From Candidatus Poribacteria bacterium (GTDB lineage Bacteria; Poribacteria; WGA-4E; GCA-2687025): a stretch of DNA of 64,000 bases. The stretch spans positions 896,001-960,000 of the forward strand of contig OY762492.1 in the NCBI GenBank assembly GCA_963665845.2, read 5' to 3'. Positions 61,075 to 64,000 of this stretch are shown in pieces. A model generated the notes under the pieces. The model was not told the DNA's origin. It was given only the letters and a program-made list of their open reading frames with translations, and did not search any database. Position 1 is the first letter of the stretch, and every line of letters begins with the position of its first letter. The position numbers and the translations under genes were made by a program.

Positions 61075-63351
61075 ATGAAAACGGCAGCATTTTTGATGAG
61101 CGCGTTGACGCTGTTTTTTGCGGCGGCGGAGGGCGGCGCGGTTCCTGTTTATGTGGAAGCGGTCACGTTGACGCGCGACACCGGCCATTGGGGAACCATC
61201 AAATCCGCCGCGTTCTCTCCTGACGGCAAGACGCTCGCAACATTCGGAGACGACGACAGCCGCGTCGTTCTATGGGACGCCGACACAGGGCGCGTCAAAA
61301 GCCGCTTCTTCGCATCTTCCGATGGTAGCGCCGCGTTTTCGCCCAACGGCGGCGAGTTCGCCCACGGCGGACAGGATGGACACATTTTCATTAGAGACGC
61401 CGAAACAGGCGAGCTGAAAGCGGAACTCGAAAAACATGAGGATTCGGTCAACGGGATTGTCTACGGGCGGGACGGCAAGACGCTTTTCAGCGCCGACTAC
61501 AAAATCATGCACTGGGATGTCGAGAAGCGGGAACTGATCAAACGGATCGGTTCCAAACTATACACTGCATTGGCGTTATCGTCCGACGGTCAAACAATCG
61601 CCGCATCCAGCTCCGTCGGCTCCGTAGGAAGATATAACTCGATCATCGACTTGATGGATGTCGACACCGGCGCGCTCAAAAAAGAGATTCCGCTTCCGGA
61701 CGTCGGTCCCATTCGATTCCTTTCCTTTTCTCCCGACGGGAAAAAGCTTGCCGCCGCCGCCCGATACGACGGGCTTATGCTGTGGGATGTAGAAACCGGC
61801 GAGCCGATCGACGCTCTAGGAGAAGACAGCGGCGACAGCGCCTATGCGGTTCAGTTTTTGCCGGACGGAGAACGGCTCGCCGCCGTCTCATACAAGGGCG
61901 CTTATGTGTATGATTTGAAAACAGGCGAACGCGTCCGCATCGCGTCCATCCCCAACGGCGCGTCTAACTGGGGCGGCAAAGCGGTCTCGCCGGACGGAAG
62001 CAGGGTCGCGCTCACCTTTCCCTTCGGCGCCGTCCAGATATGGAACCTGAACGACGGGAGCCTTCAGGCGGCGTTTGGCGGGAACGACACCGGACATATT
62101 GTTTCAGTCGCCTTTTCAAGAGACGGCAAAACGCTTGCCCTCGGCTGCGGCGACGGGAGCGTCCGCCTGTGGGATGTCCATACGCTGCGCTTTTTGCACA
62201 GGCTTTGGCTGGCTCCGTATTCTTATAAAGAAATCGAGTTGGTCGGCTTTTCTAAAGACGGCAAAACGGTTTTTGGCGCCAATTCCGTAGACATCGCCCT
62301 GTGGGATGTGGAGACGGGGCAGTTCAAAAGAGCGCTCGGAGACGAAATCGACCGTCCATTCAGAAACGCTGCCCCAGCCGTTTATTCGCCTGATGGAGAA
62401 ACGCTCGCGAGCATTCGATATGAGTACAGAAAGAAAAACGGCAGATCGTTGATTGAGCTGCGAGACGCCGACACCGGCAAATTGGCTAAAACGATCGTCG
62501 TAGGATATAGACGGTATACACAGTCGTTCATGTCCTATTCGCCCGACGGGCGGACGATTGCGCTGGCAGGCTCGATGTTTTTCAATGTTGAAACGGGTCG
62601 GCTTCGAGCGACCGTCACGCATCTTTCCAGACCCTACTGCTTCGCCTACTCTCCGGATGGACAAGCCTTCGCCGTCGGACATAGCGGCGGAAAGGTCTCG
62701 ATCTGGAATGCGCAGACCTACAAGCGGATCCGAACGATTCAGGCGCAGCCTTTCACTGACCAGACGCCTAGTTATCTTCGAGATGTCGATGCGGTTGCGT
62801 ATTCGCCGGACGGTCGGACGCTTGCCAGCGTAGGCGACGACGGGATGGTTCGGCTCTGGGGTACGGACGACGGGGAATTGAAAGCGGTGTTGAAAGGGCA
62901 TACGAGATCCATCAGTACCCTTGCATATTCGCCGGACGGGCGTTATCTCGTCACCGGCGGCTCCGACGGCTCCGCCCAGCTGTGGAACATGGGCATCAGC
63001 GGCGGCAAGCCGATTCAATGGGCGGACATACGCCGCCCAGAAGAAGCAAACGCGCCCGCGGCCCCTGCCCTCCTGCAAAATTACCCAAACCCGTTCAACC
63101 CTGAAACGTGGATCCCCTTCGACCTGGCGGAAACCTCCCGCGTCCGCATTTCCATCTACAACGGCGCGGGCAAGCTGATCCGCGCGTTAGACCTTGGGAC
63201 GATGCCGGCGGGCTACTACCGGAGCCGACAGAAAGCGGCTTACTGGGACGGACGCAACGACCTCGGCGAACGGGCGGCAAGCGGGATCTACTTTGCGCGC
63301 ATAGAGGCGGGGTCGTTCACGGCGGTTCGGCGCATGGTTCTGTTTAAATAA
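61075..63351 (+). CDS. Secreted WD40-repeat protein with C-terminal T9SS-type domain, copy 4
   Basis: ATG after GAAAGG; same architecture. Confidence 0.9.
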   Translation: MKTAAFLMSALTLFFAAAEGGAVPVYVEAVTLTRDTGHWGTIKSAAFSPDGKTLATFGDDDSRVVLWDADTGRVKSRFFASSDGSAAFSPNGGEFAHGGQDGHIFIRDAETGELKAELEKHEDSVNGIVYGRDGKTLFSADYKIMHWDVEKRELIKRIGSKLYTALALSSDGQTIAASSSVGSVGRYNSIIDLMDVDTGALKKEIPLPDVGPIRFLSFSPDGKKLAAAARYDGLMLWDVETGEPIDALGEDSGDSAYAVQFLPDGERLAAVSYKGAYVYDLKTGERVRIASIPNGASNWGGKAVSPDGSRVALTFPFGAVQIWNLNDGSLQAAFGGNDTGHIVSVAFSRDGKTLALGCGDGSVRLWDVHTLRFLHRLWLAPYSYKEIELVGFSKDGKTVFGANSVDIALWDVETGQFKRALGDEIDRPFRNAAPAVYSPDGETLASIRYEYRKKNGRSLIELRDADTGKLAKTIVVGYRRYTQSFMSYSPDGRTIALAGSMFFNVETGRLRATVTHLSRPYCFAYSPDGQAFAVGHSGGKVSIWNAQTYKRIRTIQAQPFTDQTPSYLRDVDAVAYSPDGRTLASVGDDGMVRLWGTDDGELKAVLKGHTRSISTLAYSPDGRYLVTGGSDGSAQLWNMGISGGKPIQWADIRRPEEANAPAAPALLQNYPNPFNPETWIPFDLAETSRVRISIYNGAGKLIRALDLGTMPAGYYRSRQKAAYWDGRNDLGERAASGIYFARIEAGSFTAVRRMVLFK

Positions 63352-63370
63352 GGCGTAGAAAGGATTCGCT

Positions 63371-64000
63371 ATGAAAGCGACAGTATTTTTAATGAGCGCG
63401 TTGACGCTGTTTTTTGCGGCGGCGGCGGAGAGCGGCGGCGTTCCTGTGTACGTGGAAGCGACCACTCTGACGCGCGACACCGGCCATTGGGGAAACATCA
63501 AATCCGCCGTTTTTTCTCCAGACGGCAAGACGCTCGCGACCGTCGGATACGACAGCCGTATCATTCTATGGGACGCCGACACAGGGCGCGTTAAAAGCCG
63601 CTTCTTCAGCCCAAACCCCCATAAAAGTCTTGCGTTTTCACCCAACGGCGCCGAGTTTGCCCACGGCGATCACAGCGAAGACATTCTCATTAGGGACGCC
63701 GAAACAGGGACGCTGAAAGCTGAACTCAAAGAACACGAGGATTCGATCCATACGCTCATCTATGGACGGGACGGCAAGACGCTTTTCAGCGCCGGCGACG
63801 GAATCCTGATGTGGGACGCCGAGAAGCGGGAACTGATCAAGAGTATTGGCGAACGTACCAATACGTACACCGCATTGACGTTATCGCCCGACGGCGAAAC
63901 AATCGCCGCCGCAATAAGAATCCGCGCCTACCTGAAAAGCGACTCCGCCATCGAATTGAGGCATGCCGATACTGGCGCGCTCAAGAAACAGATTGATCTA
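63371..64000 (+). CDS. Secreted WD40-repeat protein, copy 5 (3'-truncated by the window edge)
   Basis: MKATVFLMSALTLFFAAAAESGGVPVYVEA...TGHWGNIKSAVFSPDGKTLA; most similar to copy 4. Confidence 0.85.
   Translation, partial: MKATVFLMSALTLFFAAAAESGGVPVYVEATTLTRDTGHWGNIKSAVFSPDGKTLATVGYDSRIILWDADTGRVKSRFFSPNPHKSLAFSPNGAEFAHGDHSEDILIRDAETGTLKAELKEHEDSIHTLIYGRDGKTLFSAGDGILMWDAEKRELIKSIGERTNTYTALTLSPDGETIAAAIRIRAYLKSDSAIELRHADTGALKKQIDL

Noticed and set aside
56160-61075. Long N-terminal extensions (MDPLRPGG...) of WD40 copies 2-4, suggesting a frameshifted polyprotein
   Set aside because: They are the alternative frame of the duplicated CTD DNA; each gene has its own RBS, ATG and signal peptide; the frame is not preserved at the copy 4-5 junction; no slippery site was noticed
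54133-64000. Diversity-generating retroelement acting on the WD40 array
   Set aside because: No reverse transcriptase or non-coding template repeat in the window; differences are not adenine-specific and include indels

Overview
GC-rich bacterial chromosomal window, mostly core genes mixed with lineage-specific expansions. The gene repertoire points to Candidatus Poribacteria or a similar lineage; this is an inference from the WD40 proteins ending in an 'LLQNYPNPFNPETWIPF' domain, PhyH dioxygenase, a PSD1/DUF1501 pair, an orphan EutN and CRTAC1/FG-GAP. Core content: recA, thrS-infC, nusB, mutS, a partial dcw cluster (rsmH-ftsL-ftsI-murE-murF-mraY), ilvD-ilvC, mazG and four tRNAs (Val-GAC, Cys-GCA, Gly-GCC, Ser-GGA). 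Most notable: (1) a 2205-aa SprA-like outer-membrane translocon with Gly/Tyr/Ser-rich and acidic repeat inserts, co-transcribed with eutN and 5-formyl-THF cyclo-ligase, about 8 kb from a tandem array of at least 5 mosaic secreted WD40 proteins with a T9SS-type C-terminal domain, which together suggest a T9SS-like secretion system outside Bacteroidota; (2) a hidden exported selenoprotein (in-frame C-V-UGA with a SECIS-like hairpin 11 nt downstream) that the ORF track splits in two; (3) several interleaved palindromic repeat families, including a ~190-bp MITE-like element whose ends repeatedly sit 9-10 nt upstream of TTGAC hexamers. All functional calls come from motif recognition by eye; no searches were run.
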